Shown: positions 1 to 13,684 of the stretch, piece by piece
Layout of the letters: every line of letters starts with the position of its first letter
Numbering within the stretch: position 1 is the stretch's first letter
DNA from: Entomortierella parvispora E1425
Lineage: Eukaryota; Fungi; Mortierellomycota
Length of the DNA stretch: 64,000 nt
Direction: 5' to 3'
NCBI GenBank assembly: GCA_020891255.1
Contig: BQFW01000007.1
Coordinates: forward strand, 1,550,001 to 1,614,000
The notes under the pieces: model-generated
Told to the model about the DNA's origin: nothing
Databases searched by the model: none
What the model saw: the letters and a program-made list of their open reading frames with translations, nothing else
Translations under genes and position numbers: made by a program

Positions 1-104
1 GTGCTATGGGAGACTCTGACATTGACATGTCCGAGATTCGGCACGCAGATAGCACTAATGTGATGATCGAGAATCTAGAGACATGGCAACAAAAAGTGAA
101 CTGA
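1..104 (+). CDS. Possible 3' end of a gene starting upstream of the window
   Basis: Open frame ...AMGDSDIDMSEIRHADSTNVMIENLETWQQKVN* ends at TGA 102-104 and is followed by an A-rich tract; no homology recognised. Confidence 0.3.
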   Translation, partial: AMGDSDIDMSEIRHADSTNVMIENLETWQQKVN

Positions 105-973
105 AAAAAAAAAAATAGAAACATAATAAAAAAACAAATTGAATCCCAACAGGACTGACGACTCCCCACCCATGATTTTCTGCTGACTATCTGGAGCACG
201 ATGGTGTCGCTCTGCTGCTCTCTGCTGAAGAACGAGACTAATTTCACTACACCGCGTCTAATTCGAACTGTTCATTCCATCAACTGGGCGCCGCTTATTT
301 TTATTTGCTTTTCCAATGTCTCTTCACTGTGATCTTCAGATGGAAATATCCAACAACGAGGGTCTGCTCTTCCGAAAAAGAAGAGGGGCTTCTTCTCCTT
401 TTCGTCTCCAGACTCTCCAAAGGTAGCCTCACCAACTGATTTCCAACACCCGATGCCCAGAGATCTGGATCCAGCAGCAGTTTTTGTCCTGGTGCTAGGA
501 TGAGGAGACGCCGTAATTTTGGTAACGGCCATCCTCGTCCAATGTGGACCTCGGGTACATCCACCGGCTGAAAGTTGTGGAAATTCTGAAGAGGCGTATA
601 GGCGCTAAAAAGGGTCAGCGTCTCGCCAAATGCAAAGACAATGTTGTCGTCCAGTTCATCCACAAAGAGCTCTGGGGTGCAAGAGGGTTCTCAGGGACAA
701 AGCACCATTGAAGAGAAACAGGCACACGCGCGGGCCAGCCAACGCGAAACCATGACTAAAGGTTAAATTAAGCCATGTTTTTTAGTCCTACTCCATGGCG
801 TGACAGATGTGTGTGTGTGAAGGCTGAAGGGAAGGATGATGCTTCACTATTGCATCCACTCCTCCTCCCCTTCTTCCTCCCATCCGTGTTCTCTCCTCCT
901 CCCTCCTCGTTTCATTCTTCCTTGACCCTGCTTCTTTGCAATCAATCCTTCTCTCCACTCTTGTAATCTCTCC

Positions 974-3900
974 ATGGCCTTGGACGCCCCTGTGCTCCAG
1001 AGCACTCGTCCTGTGGACAGTCCATCAAAACCAAAGTCCATCGACACTGCCGCCGCTAACGCCGGCGCGGCCACCGAAGGCGAGGATGCTCCTCTCTCTC
1101 CCGCGCACAAGAAGCTGCTTCTCAATGCGGCAGAACGTTTCACCCTCGGGATGAAGAAGAAGCCCGTGTCTTCCAACGCTGTCTCATTCACGCCTCCCCA
1201 GTCGCTCTCTCGCCTCTCCCCTGCTGGAACGACCCCTTCAGGGCAACCCCTGTCGGTTCAGCCACAGCCACAGCCTCAGCCTCAGCCTCAATCACAGCCT
1301 GTGCACACGCAGGAACAGGAACAGGACCATGACCCTTCCTCCTCTGCGTCTGAACAGCCTGCAGACGCCCCTGTTCATCCTACCTCTGATAATCCATTCG
1401 ACTTTGAGTTCAAGAACCCTTTCAAATTTCACCTGGGCAGTCATCGCAAGAGCGCTGACAACCGCCGCACGTCGGTCATAGTGCCAGGAACAAGCAACAA
1501 TGCGGGGGGTTCCTCCTCTATTGCTGTTGCTTCTGGTTCTGACCCCATCTCGCCCGAGGACGATCCTGCACGCATGATGCAGCTTCGCCAAGTCTTTAGC
1601 AAGCTTTTCAAACGCAAAAAAGACAAGAAGGGCAAGAGTGCAGATCAGGTTTTTGAGATTGAGGATTACCAGCTCTGGAACAACCTGTCTCCTCTTGTGT
1701 TCCAGCCCTCTGCTGTCTTTATGGGCCTGTCCTTTATGACTGAGGATAAGGGCAGTGCTCTGACCGACAAGAACACTGTAGACTGGAACATGAATATCAT
1801 CCTGGCGCTTGTGAAGGTATATACGAGAATTACTGCGTGCTTATGTGGAGCGGAGAAGGGAGATGAAGTCAAGAGAGCCTTGGGCGTAAAGCTCAGTGGA
1901 CAACGAGCGAAATGCAGAGAATATGAACAGCCGCTCCGAAAATGGGCATGCTCTTCAAAACCAGTTGGGGAAGAGAAAGGCTGGCGACATGCGTTTTCCT
2001 TTTGTACCACCCTCTCCTTTCGTTGTTGGAGAGAGAATCGACGCTCGGAGCAGCGGCCAATTTGCTAATGTGGTTTGTTTTTCGCTATTTTTCTTTAGGT
2101 TGTAATCTTGCCCTACACGCTCACCGCCAAGGACATCAAAATCAAGAACAAGGACAAGGATGTCACAGGAGTCAAAAGCCGCCTCCCGCTCAAGGATCAG
2201 GAGGAAAAGGATGCCAAGGAGCAAAAGAGGTTTCTAATCATCCGAGTGCAATACGGAGATTTCCTGCCCAGTTGGCATATTGAGCGTAGCTTGGACGATT
2301 TTGTACGTCTGTACGAGTCGTACCATCCACCTATTCCAGAGACACCTTTGGTCTCGCGCTCACTCAAGGTCCCCAAACCCCCGGCATCTATCCGAAATCG
2401 CTTCGGATTGATGGCTGGCCATGACCACCTGCCCACTGCTGGGAATAGAGAGTCGATCATTGACATGGATGCGCTGCCAGCCTTTGATCCAAAGGCTGCG
2501 CCAACGCTCACAAGAGAGCTGCAGACTTTTCTCCAGGACATGATCCGTTATGCCATGTATGTCCCCAATGCAGAGCGGATGTGCAAATTCTTGGAGCTCT
2601 CAGCGCTCACCCTTGCAAACGTGCCCGACGGAGGTTATCAAGGCAAGGAGGGCTACCTGACTGTAGTCAGGCAAAAGACGCTCATGGACGAAGGACCTTT
2701 GGCCAACGCGATCAAAAAAGTGTACCGCAAGCCAGTATCAAAGTATTTCATCGTGCGAGACTCTTATATCATTGTCGCCTCTAGCCACAAGAATGTAAGC
2801 GCGTGGAGGACATTTTGGAACCAATGACTTTGCTTCTTCTACCTTTTACCCGTTCGAAATTTGCTAACGCGCTTTGCACCCTATAGACTGATATCCAAGA
2901 TGTCATTTTGCTGGACTCGTCTTTCAAGGCACAAAAGAACCCTCACCACATACACACGCCTCACTCGTTCGAGATTGTTAACGCTGAACTGAAGTTCCAC
3001 GTCCGCGCCAAATCAGACCATCGCCGTCGACAGTTCGTGGAGAGCATTCGAAAGATGCCTTCACTTTGGAAAGAACCAAAGCGATTCAACAGTTTCGCAC
3101 CCGTTCGAACCAACGTGAGTGCCCAGTGGTTGGTCGATGGTCGAGATTACTTTTGGAATGTAAGCAAGGCCATGGAAATGGCCAAGGAGACGATTTACAT
3201 TGAGGATTGGATGCTTTCACCCGAAATTTTGCTCCGCCGACATCAAAGAGATGGCATCGACTGGTCCTTGAAAGATATCCTAGGAAGGAAGGCCCTGGAG
3301 GGAGTCAAGATCTATATTGTGATGTATAGTGAGGTCGAGGCAGCCATGCATTTGGCCTCCCTCCGTGCCAAAAAGCTGCTAAGAGCTCTTTGCCCCGAAA
3401 ACATCCACGTGCAGCGTCATGGACCCAATCTGAAGACCGCGTGGTGGGCTCACCACGAAAAGTTGATTGTCATTGACAACATGATTGCGTTCATTGGCGG
3501 TCTCGACCTGTGCTTTGGACGATGGGATACTGGAGAACACACGTTGGTTGATCTTAAAGAGAGTCATGAGCTTGGTCCCCGCTGGCCCGGTCAGGATTAC
3601 TCGAACCCCCGCATCAAAGACTTTTGTGACTTGTCCAAGCCCGAGATGGATTCGATTGATCGGGCCGAGAACCCCAGAATGCCCTGGCACGATGTCGGCC
3701 TCCAGATCTTGGGCCAGCCTGCCAGGGATGTGGCCCGCCATTTCATACAGCGATGGAACTTTTTGTGCAGGACAAAGCCCAAGCAAAAGAAAATTCCCTT
3801 CCTGTTGCCCAAGCCGGACATTCGCCTCTCCAAGCTGGAGGAAATGGGTCTTCAGGGAACTTGCGAAGTTCAGATTCTGCGATCGGTTTCATCTTGGTCC

Positions 3901-5791
3901 ATTGGAGTCAAAGATCCGGAATGCAGTATTTTGACCGCCTACATTGCTGCCATTGAGCGTGCGGAGCACTTCATCTATATCGGTAAGGGGATACTTTTCA
4001 TTGATGAAAAAGGAGAACTCGGAGAAAACGAAAAAAAAGTCGATGGCCCGTCTTACTAATATTTGATCTTGATCTTGTCGAATCTAGAGAATCAATTTTT
4101 CATCACTTCGACCAATGTCAACAAGACCATCGTCCACAATGGCATTGGACGAGCCTTGACGGACCGAATTATCAAGGCACACAAATTAGGTCAAAAGTTC
4201 AAGTAAGTCAACATCTGATCAATGATTTTAGGATCCATATCTGCTTTTAAAGCGATTTGATTTTAACATGATTTTTTTTTTCATCAGGGTCATTGTTGTC
4301 TTGCCTTTGGTGCCTGGATTTGAGGGAGGTATCAACACGCCAGAGGCCACCTCGGTGCGTATGGTCATGCTGAGTATCTACGAGTCGGTCTGTCACGGCA
4401 AAAACTCGATCATCGGTCGTCTTGCCTCTGCAGGTGTCCACAAGCCCCAGAAGTACATTGGTTTCTATGGTCTCCGTAACTGGGCCAAGTTTGGCGAGAA
4501 ATTTATCACGGAGCAGGTTTACATTCACGCAAAAATGATGATTGTGGATGACCGTGTCGCCATTATTGGATCAGGTATTTTTTTTTGCAACTTCTTCTCG
4601 TTGGTTTGGGTATATTTCATCCCTTTTAGCGCTCTTTTTTTTTGACAATCTCTTGTTCCATTACTGGATATTACAATAGCCAACATCAACGAGCGTTCCA
4701 TGCTCGGAAACCGTGACTCTGAGATTGCAGCCGTGATTCGAGACCAGGACTATATCGACTCGACCATGAACGGCGTCCCCTATAAGGTCTCTCGATTCGC
4801 GCACACCTTGCGTCTGAGTCTGATGACTGAGCATCTGGGTCTGCTCACTGGCCATGAACACAACGGCAACGGCGTGGGTGAACGTGGAAAGTTCCGAGGA
4901 GAAGCCCCGCCGCCTTTTACAGAGCTTGACTTTGTGGATCCAGTCCACCCTGCCTTCTACGAGGATATCTGGAGACATCACGCCGAGACCAACACTCTGA
5001 TTTTCCGAGAAATGTTCAAGTGCATTCCTGACAATACTGTCAAGACTTGGAACCAGTACAACAAGTTCAATGACCAATCCAATGTTCAGGATCCTCGAGT
5101 GAACGAGGAAGAGCGCACGTTGAAGGACAAGGCGTTGGACAAGATTCTTGGCCCCTCTCTGGCAGAGCATTTCAAATCCGGTGGGGACAGCAGCAGTGAT
5201 GAGGAAGATGATGACGATCTGCCTCTCCCCTCCTCGGTCAGTCGTACGGCCAGCCGTGCGGCCAAGAAGGCCTTGGCCAAGGATGAGTCCGGTGATGAGG
5301 AGGACCCTATCCGGGATCGCAAAAAGGATCAAAAGATCATCAACCAAGACCCCTCCAGTGAGGACATGCGAAAGGATTCCCGTAATAGCAAGGAAAAGGA
5401 GAGAGATCTCCGAACGGATGAAACGGTGACCGCCAAGGACAAGATGGAAGAAAGGCGTGCCGCTCTGCAAGAGAAGTCGTCGAATGGAGAGTTCCGTCGG
5501 GAGAGAGACTCTTCCAAGGTCATCTCTGCCGCCTCTGCAGTGGCTGATCAGGTCGTGCACCAGCAACAGCAGCAGCAAGCCCCCTACAATCTCGCTGAAG
5601 CCTTGGGACGACGCGTTGTTGGTGTGCAGCGTACAGCGAGCGCGTTGGTCGAGACGGTCATGGAAGAGGATCTAAGCAAGATCCAAGGACATTTGGTAGA
5701 GTGGCCTCTGGATTTCTTGCGCAACGAAATCGAATCCTACAACTTTTGCTACCCCAAGGATCTCAACCATCCTATTGATCTCTACACGTAA
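974..5791 (+). CDS. SPO14: Phospholipase D1 (PX/PH region plus two HKD motifs), 6 exons
   Basis: HKD1 WWAHHEKLIVIDNMIAFIGGLDLCFGRWDT; HKD2 VYIHAKMMIVDDRVAIIG|SANINERSMLGNRDSEIA; PRMPWHDV and YIENQFF motifs. In-frame exons about 974-1816, 2099-2794, 2887-3982, 4088-4202, 4288-4574, 4680-5791 with GT..AG introns. Confidence 0.95.
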
Positions 5792-5991
5792 AGCGGACAT
5801 CAACTCCCCTTTACTTTCTCTCCTCTCCTTTCTGCGCGGATATACCCATCTTTATGCTCCATCCCCTTCTCTACCATAATTTAGTCATATTTTGAAGATA
5901 TTAAAAAGGCATTTCTTTCAGTTTTTTTTTTACCTATCATTATCAGCTTTATATGTTTTTCAAGTAAAAAAAAGGGGCAGGGGGGTTCTAT

Positions 5992-6885
5992 CTATGCTTG
6001 TTGGTTGCGATCGCCAGTAAAGCGTCTCAAAAAGGCTTGAAACTGACGATCACGGCTCAAGTTCAAATAATAGTTGGACTCCCGGTCATCCAGATCGACC
6101 ATCAACGTCTCGAGATTCGAAGAGGTCAAGAGCTCGCGGATCTTGGACTCGATCTCTTCTTCGTCCAACCCACATTCGTTGTTAAAGGTCACGGTCACCT
6201 TCTTTAGCTTTGACAAATCCGCGCCGGCCAGACCCTCAAACAAGACCAAATCATCCAAGGATTGCGCCAACGAAAACTCCTCGAGCTGGGGCATGTGTCT
6301 CAACAAGGCGCTCAAGATGGCCACATCCTCGGGCCCTTGCGGGGCTTCGGCGTTGTAACCCAATTTCAAGACCTTGATCGATTTGTAGAACGGCACATGG
6401 GTCTGGATCAATTCTTCTGTCATGTCCTCCACTCGCAGTCCAGTGGCAGCAAAGGCAGCCGCCTCCTTGGGCTTCTTGACCTGTTCTGTTGGGTCCTCAG
6501 ATGACAAGAGCGAGGCCGAGACGGTGGTGGAGGGGGACAACAAGATCTTGGCGAGACTGGTGCCTGCGGATTTGTAGTCCAGTGTTTCGAGATGAGCACA
6601 GGCCCGAGAACTGAGAAACAACTTTAGGCTCTCCTGAAGGTCCTTGAAAGATTCATCCAAGACCAAACGGGTCAAGGGACGAAGGGTGGTCGAGGAAGAA
6701 GAAGAAGTTGAGAGGGCCTGGTTCAAGAGTCGAGAGACTTCCATGACTTGTTCGTGGGACATGGTCGACTCCAACTGAGCGGTTTCTGAATCCAGGATCG
6801 ACTGCAGGTCCTGGACGTTGGTTTGGTGCACATCGGGCAAGTCCAAGGCACTGGCAGAGATGGTATCGGCGGCGGTAGGCGACAT
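5992..6885 (-). CDS. Hypothetical protein, about 297 aa, with an RNI/LRR-like C-terminal half
   Basis: Intronless ORF from MSPTAAD; segments such as IKVLKLGY, LRHMPQLEEFSL and LSKLKKVTV resemble degenerate leucine-rich repeats. Upstream in-frame sequence is microsatellite and is taken as UTR. Confidence 0.6.
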   Translation of the reverse strand: MSPTAADTISASALDLPDVHQTNVQDLQSILDSETAQLESTMSHEQVMEVSRLLNQALSTSSSSSTTLRPLTRLVLDESFKDLQESLKLFLSSRACAHLETLDYKSAGTSLAKILLSPSTTVSASLLSSEDPTEQVKKPKEAAAFAATGLRVEDMTEELIQTHVPFYKSIKVLKLGYNAEAPQGPEDVAILSALLRHMPQLEEFSLAQSLDDLVLFEGLAGADLSKLKKVTVTFNNECGLDEEEIESKIRELLTSSNLETLMVDLDDRESNYYLNLSRDRQFQAFLRRFTGDRNQQA

Positions 6886-6967
6886 TGTGGTTGTAGTTTG
6901 TGAATTTGTGTGAGGTGTGTGTTTGTCTGTCTGTCTGTCTGTCTGCTTGAGTGGGTGAACAGAAGGA

Positions 6968-7004
<37 letters not shown>

Positions 7005-7495
7005 AAGAGAGGGACAATCGCCTTTGCTTTTTATACAATACACAACCAAAAAGGGAGCCTTGTCATTGGCACTTCCCTGGCTCAAGAGAATGAAAAAAAC
7101 CACGATCGAGACCTGTGGAGCAGATGGACCCGCTTTTGGTGCTTGCTCCCCTTTTTTGCTTCGCTTCTTCGTGTCACGTCGCAGAGCGGAGTCGGACGAA
7201 TGGAGCAAAAAAGTGATTGAAAAAACAGATGAATGAGCTGTTGCCCATTCCACATTCCCAATCCTTCACAGTCTGCACAGCCAGCAGGACAAGGCGCGGG
7301 TCCTATGTGTTGCCAGTCTGGCTCTGGACACCACCGCTCCATCGCGTGCACTTTTAACTTTTGCATTTTGGAGGCAAAGGAGGCAAAGGATGAGTTTTTT
7401 CTCTTTTTTTTTTTTTTTTTTTTGCTCCAAACGGAGTTCTTTGTTCATAAATTTATTAGCTGTTCTCCTCATCATGACCCTGAGGAGATCAATAA

Positions 7496-9308
7496 TTAAA
7501 AAAAGCCTCGGTTCACACCCGAGGATGACAATGAGGTCAAGTTGCTCAATTGAGGATTCGACTGCGAACGCAGGGAGGAGATGCGCTGTTCTTCGTGTGC
7601 AAGCTGTGCCATCCTGTGCTGCTGAACCTTGAGCATTTGCTGGGCCGCCAAGAGTTGATCTGAATAGAGAGTTCCGGCGTTTGTCATCCTGTGCAATAAA
7701 GAGATTAAAAAAAGTCGACGGTCAAAAAAAGTCTCTGGAGCAATGGAGGCAATCATGGACATCAAAGATTGATGCAGAAGAAGAAAAAACTCCCCTTCCT
7801 CCCAACTTACGTTCCCTGAACGGCCTTTGTCAAAATCTTCATGGGTCCTGCAATGGCGCTTGGGATATGAGCTACTGGAGCAGCAGGTTCCTGATGGATA
7901 ATGGCGTTTGCTCGCATTGTGACTCTGAGGATTTTGCCTGTGAACAAAGAGATGAAAAAATTAGTCTACAAGACCAAAAGCTGTTGTTCTCCTAGAGTCC
8001 ACATTCCTCCTAGTGATCGATTACATACCGTTATCTGCCTTCTTTCCATTGAGATTCTCGATAGCAGCCAAACCAGCAGCTTTCCTGGCGTAGGTGACCT
8101 GAGAAAATCCATGCGTGCAGACACATGACTTGATTTCTCCAAACCTTGAGCAAACGTACTATAATGTAGGGAACATAGTGGTTAAGAAATGGCTCGGATA
8201 GGGCTTGAAAGTACCATCCGTATACAGGCAACGGCGGAAAATTCTCACCTTGACATCGTCTGCTGTGGTCTCTGGGTCCAAGTTCTCGATCTCAACAGTG
8301 ACAGGGCCACTCTCGCCTCTAAATGCCACGTTCGTTCCTGGAGCAGAGCCTCTGATTGCAATTGGTGTATCTCCCATGTCGACATCCATATCCTCATCCT
8401 GCACCAACACGGGTGTTTGTGCCTTTGTGGTCAATTGAATTCGGGGTGAGGACTCTCGGCGTGCATTGCGATCAGAGGGACCGTTTGCATTCCTTTGACT
8501 ATTGCTACCATGGCCGTGGTTGTTGTTGCTGCTGCTACCATGACGGTTACTCAAAGATCCATTTTGATTTCCGTGAGCTGAGCGACGATCCGCAAAAACA
8601 TCATCCTGGCGTCTATCGTTGTGTCGTCCTCCTGAATAGGACACAGGCTCAGGGTTTCGTGGGCCTGTTGGGATTCGCTCGTTGCGAGTATGAAGGGAGG
8701 TGAGCGAGGCTGGGGCCCTGGGGTCTTTCCTGACCTGTTGGGTAGTAACGAGTCGAACAGGTTTGGAGGTCAAGGGTCCAGATGCCTGTCTTTGCTGCTG
8801 CTGTTGTTGCTGCGCTCCTGCCTTCAGTCCTGCTTTATAGTTGGTGGTATACAATTTCAGGGTGCCCTTTGGCTTTGCAATGTATCCCGCCGTAAAGATC
8901 TCTTTCACAGGTGCCTTTGCTGCTTGATACGACGCTGTGAACAGGGCAGTTTCCTTCTTGGCAGTTGTGGGCTTCTAACAACAAATCAGAAAAAAAAAAA
9001 AAAAAAAAGCCGGCGGCATGAGATGTTAGGACATCCCAATAAACGAGCAAAGGAGAAGGATGCTATCTTCGAGATGGGTCGTATCGATCGCCCTTTCTTA
9101 CTGCATAAGGCGAGTTGGGTTTGGAGGTCCTGATGGCCCGTTCGGTACGAATGGCAGCTCTGGATTTGACGCCTCCAGCAACTTTTTTAGGAATGGTGTT
9201 CTTGGTGGACTTTGCAGCCGAGGCGCCCTTTGCGGAAGAGGTGGCCTTCTTCTTCTCCTGCTTTTGCATCTTGATGATGTCGTCCAGGCTCTGGTCGATG
9301 CGATTCAT
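7496..9308 (-). CDS. RRM-containing mRNA export adaptor-like protein (Yra1/ALYREF/POLDIP3-like), multi-exon
   Basis: N-terminus MNRIDQSLDDIIK resembles the UAP56/Sub2-binding motif. The RRM is split by introns: VTVEIENLDPETTADDVK|..SRFGEIKSC..GFSQVTYARKAAGLAAIENLNGKKADN|GKILRV. The last exon ends ...GVNRGFF* at 7496. Confidence 0.75.
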
Positions 9309-10543
9309 GGCAGTGGCGAGGATTATTGAGTGTTGTTTGTTGCTGTTGTTTGTTACTATTTCGGATGCAACTCTGTAGAAATAAGATCGAGAAAAGGAAC
9401 GGCGGATGAGAGGGGGAAGGATGAAAAGAAAAGAGGGGAGAGGAGAGAAGAAGGGAAAAAAAAAAAAAAAAAAAGTGAAGGGAGGGAAATCAAGAGATTT
9501 GATTCTGATTAGGAAACATTGCTCGCACAGGACCGTGAACCAACCAGCGTCGTCGCAAGGTCTATGTACCAAGAGCAATGCTCTCTTTTCAACTTACCAA
9601 CTGGGTCAATGGCAACTGTGCGACAGGGATCGAGAGTGAGAGCGGGAGGGGGGGGGCAGGGAGCAAAGGAAGGAGAGGAAGAACAAGGAGGAGGATGACC
9701 AAGAATCACCCTTGACTCCTCTTGCTCCTTCCTTCCTTCCCTCCTTCACTCACACCCCTATCCCCTCGCGTCCTTGCCGTCCCTCGTCCCTGTCTGCCAA
9801 CTTGTCTTCATTTCTCTTGGTCGTTTTGTGTGTCCTTAAGGGTGCGACATCGACAGATCACGTGGTCCTCGCATCAACTGTTCGTCTCGCTCGCACTCGC
9901 AGTTGTTTCTAGGGTTTGTGTTCACGCGTCCTTTGATGCCAATCTGCCCGCTGCTGTCCTCGTTCGCTCTCTTGCAGATGGCAACAGCGTGAACAAACAA
10001 CAACAATTGCGCGAGTCTCTGTCTGCCAAGGTATCGGTCGCTCAGTCAGCAGGAGAACAGGCAGGCACAGGCCAAGACAGACGAAAAAAAGTCAGGTGCT
10101 TCTTTCCTCTTATTGCATGCAAGCACATCACAGGCAGGCTGCCATTCATTCATTGTTCCATTGTCAACCCACCCTTGTTTCCTTTTTCTCTTCTTCTCTC
10201 TTTGTTCATTCACATTCGCCGTCCCCATCCCCTTCCTCATTCCCCCCCACTTCATCAACACAACCATACCCACCACGTAAGCACCCTTGCCTGTGTCCCT
10301 TGCTGCAGCATAGACGCGAGCTTTGCTTGGCCCTACCTTGCGAACGTGGCACGTCCTCCGGCCCATGAAAAAAGTGCGCAACCCTTTGCTTTCCACTTCT
10401 TTTGCTCCCTTGTCCTCCTTTCGAGCCCTCTGTATAATTACCTCGGACCTCGCTGCTATTTTCGTCCCTTTTTGTCCCTTTCCCGTTCCCCACAACTTTC
10501 CCACCAGACACCTCTCTGCCTTGCCTGCCTCCTTGCGACCAGA

Positions 10544-12555
10544 ATGTCCGCCAAAGGCACCCACCCCAGCACTGGTCTGCGGCCGTCTTTCAAACGATCC
10601 CAGCTGCCTGCACAGACACCACTTCCACAACAACAACAACAACAGCAGCAGCATTCACATCTCTCTCCACAACCTCCACAGCTGCATCCGCAGCCACAGC
10701 CACAGCAGCAGCAGCAACGTCAACTGAACAACCCTCGGCAACACAGTCCCTTCTCCTTTGATGCAGATGACTATCTGATCGGTCCTCTCGGTTTTGGCTT
10801 TGCCGAAAGCAAACCTGCCAGTGCGAGTGGCAGTGGAAGTAACAGCAGCAGCAACAGCAGTAGCTACCATCCAAAGTCGACAGCGAGTGTACCTTCTTCC
10901 TCCACACACCCACCCGCCAAAACAGAGAGGACGGAGAAACGCTCGAGTGGCGGCATCTCTTCAACCCCAGCCACGGGTACCACGAGGACACCCTTTGTGT
11001 ACAACAACCCCCTGGCAAATGATGACTCTCATCCGGCGCAGCCTTACCTGGTGGATTTCGGTCACTCTGCTGGCTCCTTCAGCAACGGCAACAACAGCAC
11101 CCGGACCAGCAGAAGCAGCCTTTCGAGTAGCAATAGCAGTATAGCAACCGAGCAGGTGAAAAAGACACCCGCACCAGCGCCTGTCCCCACGCCTGTGCCT
11201 GCGCCTGCACCGCTTGTACCGGTAGCCTCTGTTCGAAAGACGTCGGTGGCTGCCCCGCTACCACCGCCACCATTGCACAAAGATGCGTCATCCTTGGGTC
11301 ATTTCGACGACTTTTTTAGCCCAACCCTTGGAACATGGACGGCACCAGCTTCAAAGCCGACGGCGAGGACGGCACAGATTCCTGACAAGGCCGAACAGCG
11401 ACAGCAGCAACAGCAACAGCAACAACCACAACAGCAACAGCAGCAACAGCAGCCGCAAAAGCTGCAGCATCAGTACCAGCACCAGCAATTGCCAGCCCAT
11501 CAGCATCAGCAGCCATATCAAGTCCAACGCCAGCAGAGCATCAATGACAGCTCACTAGACTTTTTTAGCTCTCTAGACTATCATGCTCCACCGAAATCAT
11601 CTTCATCCACCTCGGCATTCAAAGCGCCTTCCCAGGTTCCTCCATCTTCTACTGCCCCACGATCCTTTACTCAGCCTCCCTCCCCCTCGACAGATTCAGT
11701 CAATGAACGACCCTCGAATGTTTCCTCGATGATGCCGTCATTCGATTTTTCATCCGGGCCTAGCAAGACATCCACCCCTTCGCAACGACGCACCTTCCCA
11801 GACCTTGTGAATGCAACTACTTTTTCGCCGACAGTGAGCACCTCCTCGTTCCCCGTGGACCCGACCAGGAGCGGTACGTCATCGACTAGTCGGACATCCC
11901 CTGAGCCATCAGCATTCACTTTGTCGTCTGGATCCGGCCAAAGACACTCCACAAGCAAGTCCTCCAGCTCAAAGTCATCGAGCGTGCGCACTTCACCTGC
12001 CTTGACGCCCAGTGTAACTCCGTCGCTTGCACCACCCGCTCGTGCTGCGCCCAAAGCACCAGCGCGGATTTTGCAGTCACATCCTCACCCACATCCGACG
12101 CCACCAATCAAATCATCATCATCATCACTGGCGTCGTCTTCGTCGTCGGTTTCTTCCTCTTCATCCCAGAGCCGCAGCGACCCGCTGGCATTGTCGCAGA
12201 GGGAAATTGCGGTCCCCCGTAAAAGCTCGTCTCAGTCAACTACGCCATCGCCGTCTCCTGTCCCACCCGTCCCTCCACAGACCGCAAGACGACAGCAAGC
12301 TGCCAGCCCACTTCCGCCACCTCCGCCTCCACCGCCTCCAACACCTCCACCTTATATGCCCTCGCCTGCTGCTTCTCATTCCAGCATCCCAACATCACCG
12401 TGGCAGGATAGTGACGATGAGGACGACATTGATGTGGACTTTTATCGGGCAGCCCTCCCTCCAATGCTATCAACTCTTCCTGCCTTAGCTCCTGTCGATA
12501 GAATCGACAAATCGTCTCTACCTACCTTAACTGCGCCTGACCTTCAGCCGAGGCC

Positions 12556-12603
<48 letters not shown>

Positions 12604-13684
12604 GCAACAACAGCAACAGCAACAACAGCAACAACAGCAACAACAACAGCAGCAGCCGCAACCGCAACCGCAACATAACCAGCAGAAGCAGAAGCAGAAG
12701 CAGCATGGCCACCAATCGAGCGAGATTAAGACACGGCCCGAACCATTGGGAAAGAAGGAGACGCTGTCTAGGGCCGTGTCACCGCCCTTGTCACCCACAG
12801 GCTCTTCTTCCGGCCAGGTGCTCATGACTGGATACCCTCCACCTCCACCATCTATTCTCTATGCTGACGGTCAAATCACAGTGAGCTCGCTTCACCTGAC
12901 CATTCACTCGTTTTACTTTCCATTGAACAAGCCCGTTACTATTCCATTGCTGTCGATTACGGAAATGGACTCTTTGCCTCTGGAAGGCACGGGAAATGGC
13001 AGCGGTCTATCGAGCTGGCTCAAGTACAAGAACTGGGGTATTGCCTCTCTGTCAGATATATGGTGGGCTCGGGATCAGCGACCTAGTGAAGGAGCGTCCC
13101 TTGGAGGACCATCACTGGCAATGAAAGGAGCTACTGGATTTGAGCCACTGCGACACGTGGTTGTCCGGGTCGAAGGTGAATGGCTTCGAAAAGGGTTTGG
13201 CGTTGAGAGAGAGGAGGGTGTACAGGTGCTGAAAGAAGCCTGGAAGAACGTCAAGGAAAGTGAGCTTGGCCTTCGCCCGCTGAGACCTGCTGCTCACGTC
13301 AACCCCATGGGAGATGATGACGACGAAGACTTGTTAAATGTCGATGACTTTGCAACAGTCGGCTCAAAGAGCAACAACGGAGGATCAGAGAAGCGACGAT
13401 GGCTCCATTATCAGAATACTTGGACATCCTACCCTTTTGCGAATGATTCTCAGTACAATTCGCAAACAGCAAATCAACAGCGTCGCGTGGGAACCCTTGG
13501 AGGTGGCGTTTCTACCTCTTTTTTCTCAGGAGTTGCGGCCTCGTCCAAAGCGCCGAGATACCCCCGAAGCACTCATCCATCATCGTTGACTGCAACTGCT
13601 GGCAGTGGTCATCTTCAGGATGAGAGTTGTGGAGACGATCCCTTATTTATAGATAATGACCTGAATGTCCACGAGACAATTTGA
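10544..13684 (+). CDS. Intronless S/P/Q-rich low-complexity protein (1046 aa) with a C-terminal PH-like globular domain
   Basis: Long ORF; likely start MSAKGTHP at 10544; several poly-Q and poly-S tracts; ordered-looking segment ILYADGQITVSSLHLTIHSFYFPLNKPVTIPLLSI...WLKYKNWGIASLSDIWWARD. Confidence 0.75.
12556..12662 (+). repeat. CAA/CAG trinucleotide repeat encoding a poly-Q tract of about 35 residues
   Basis: A pure (CAA)n run followed by mixed CAG/CAA, in frame within the 10544-13684 CDS. Confidence 0.95.

Noticed and set aside
301-663. 120-aa minus-strand ORF (MDELDDNIVFAFGETL...)
   Set aside because: Coding-like, but it has no recognisable motif, clear ATG or splice context; it may be a gene remnant and cannot be supported as a gene.
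9722-10543. N-terminal 274 codons of the 1320-aa ORF in the track
   Set aside because: Starts at a non-ATG codon and reads as pyrimidine-rich promoter/UTR sequence; the first plausible ATG is at 10544.
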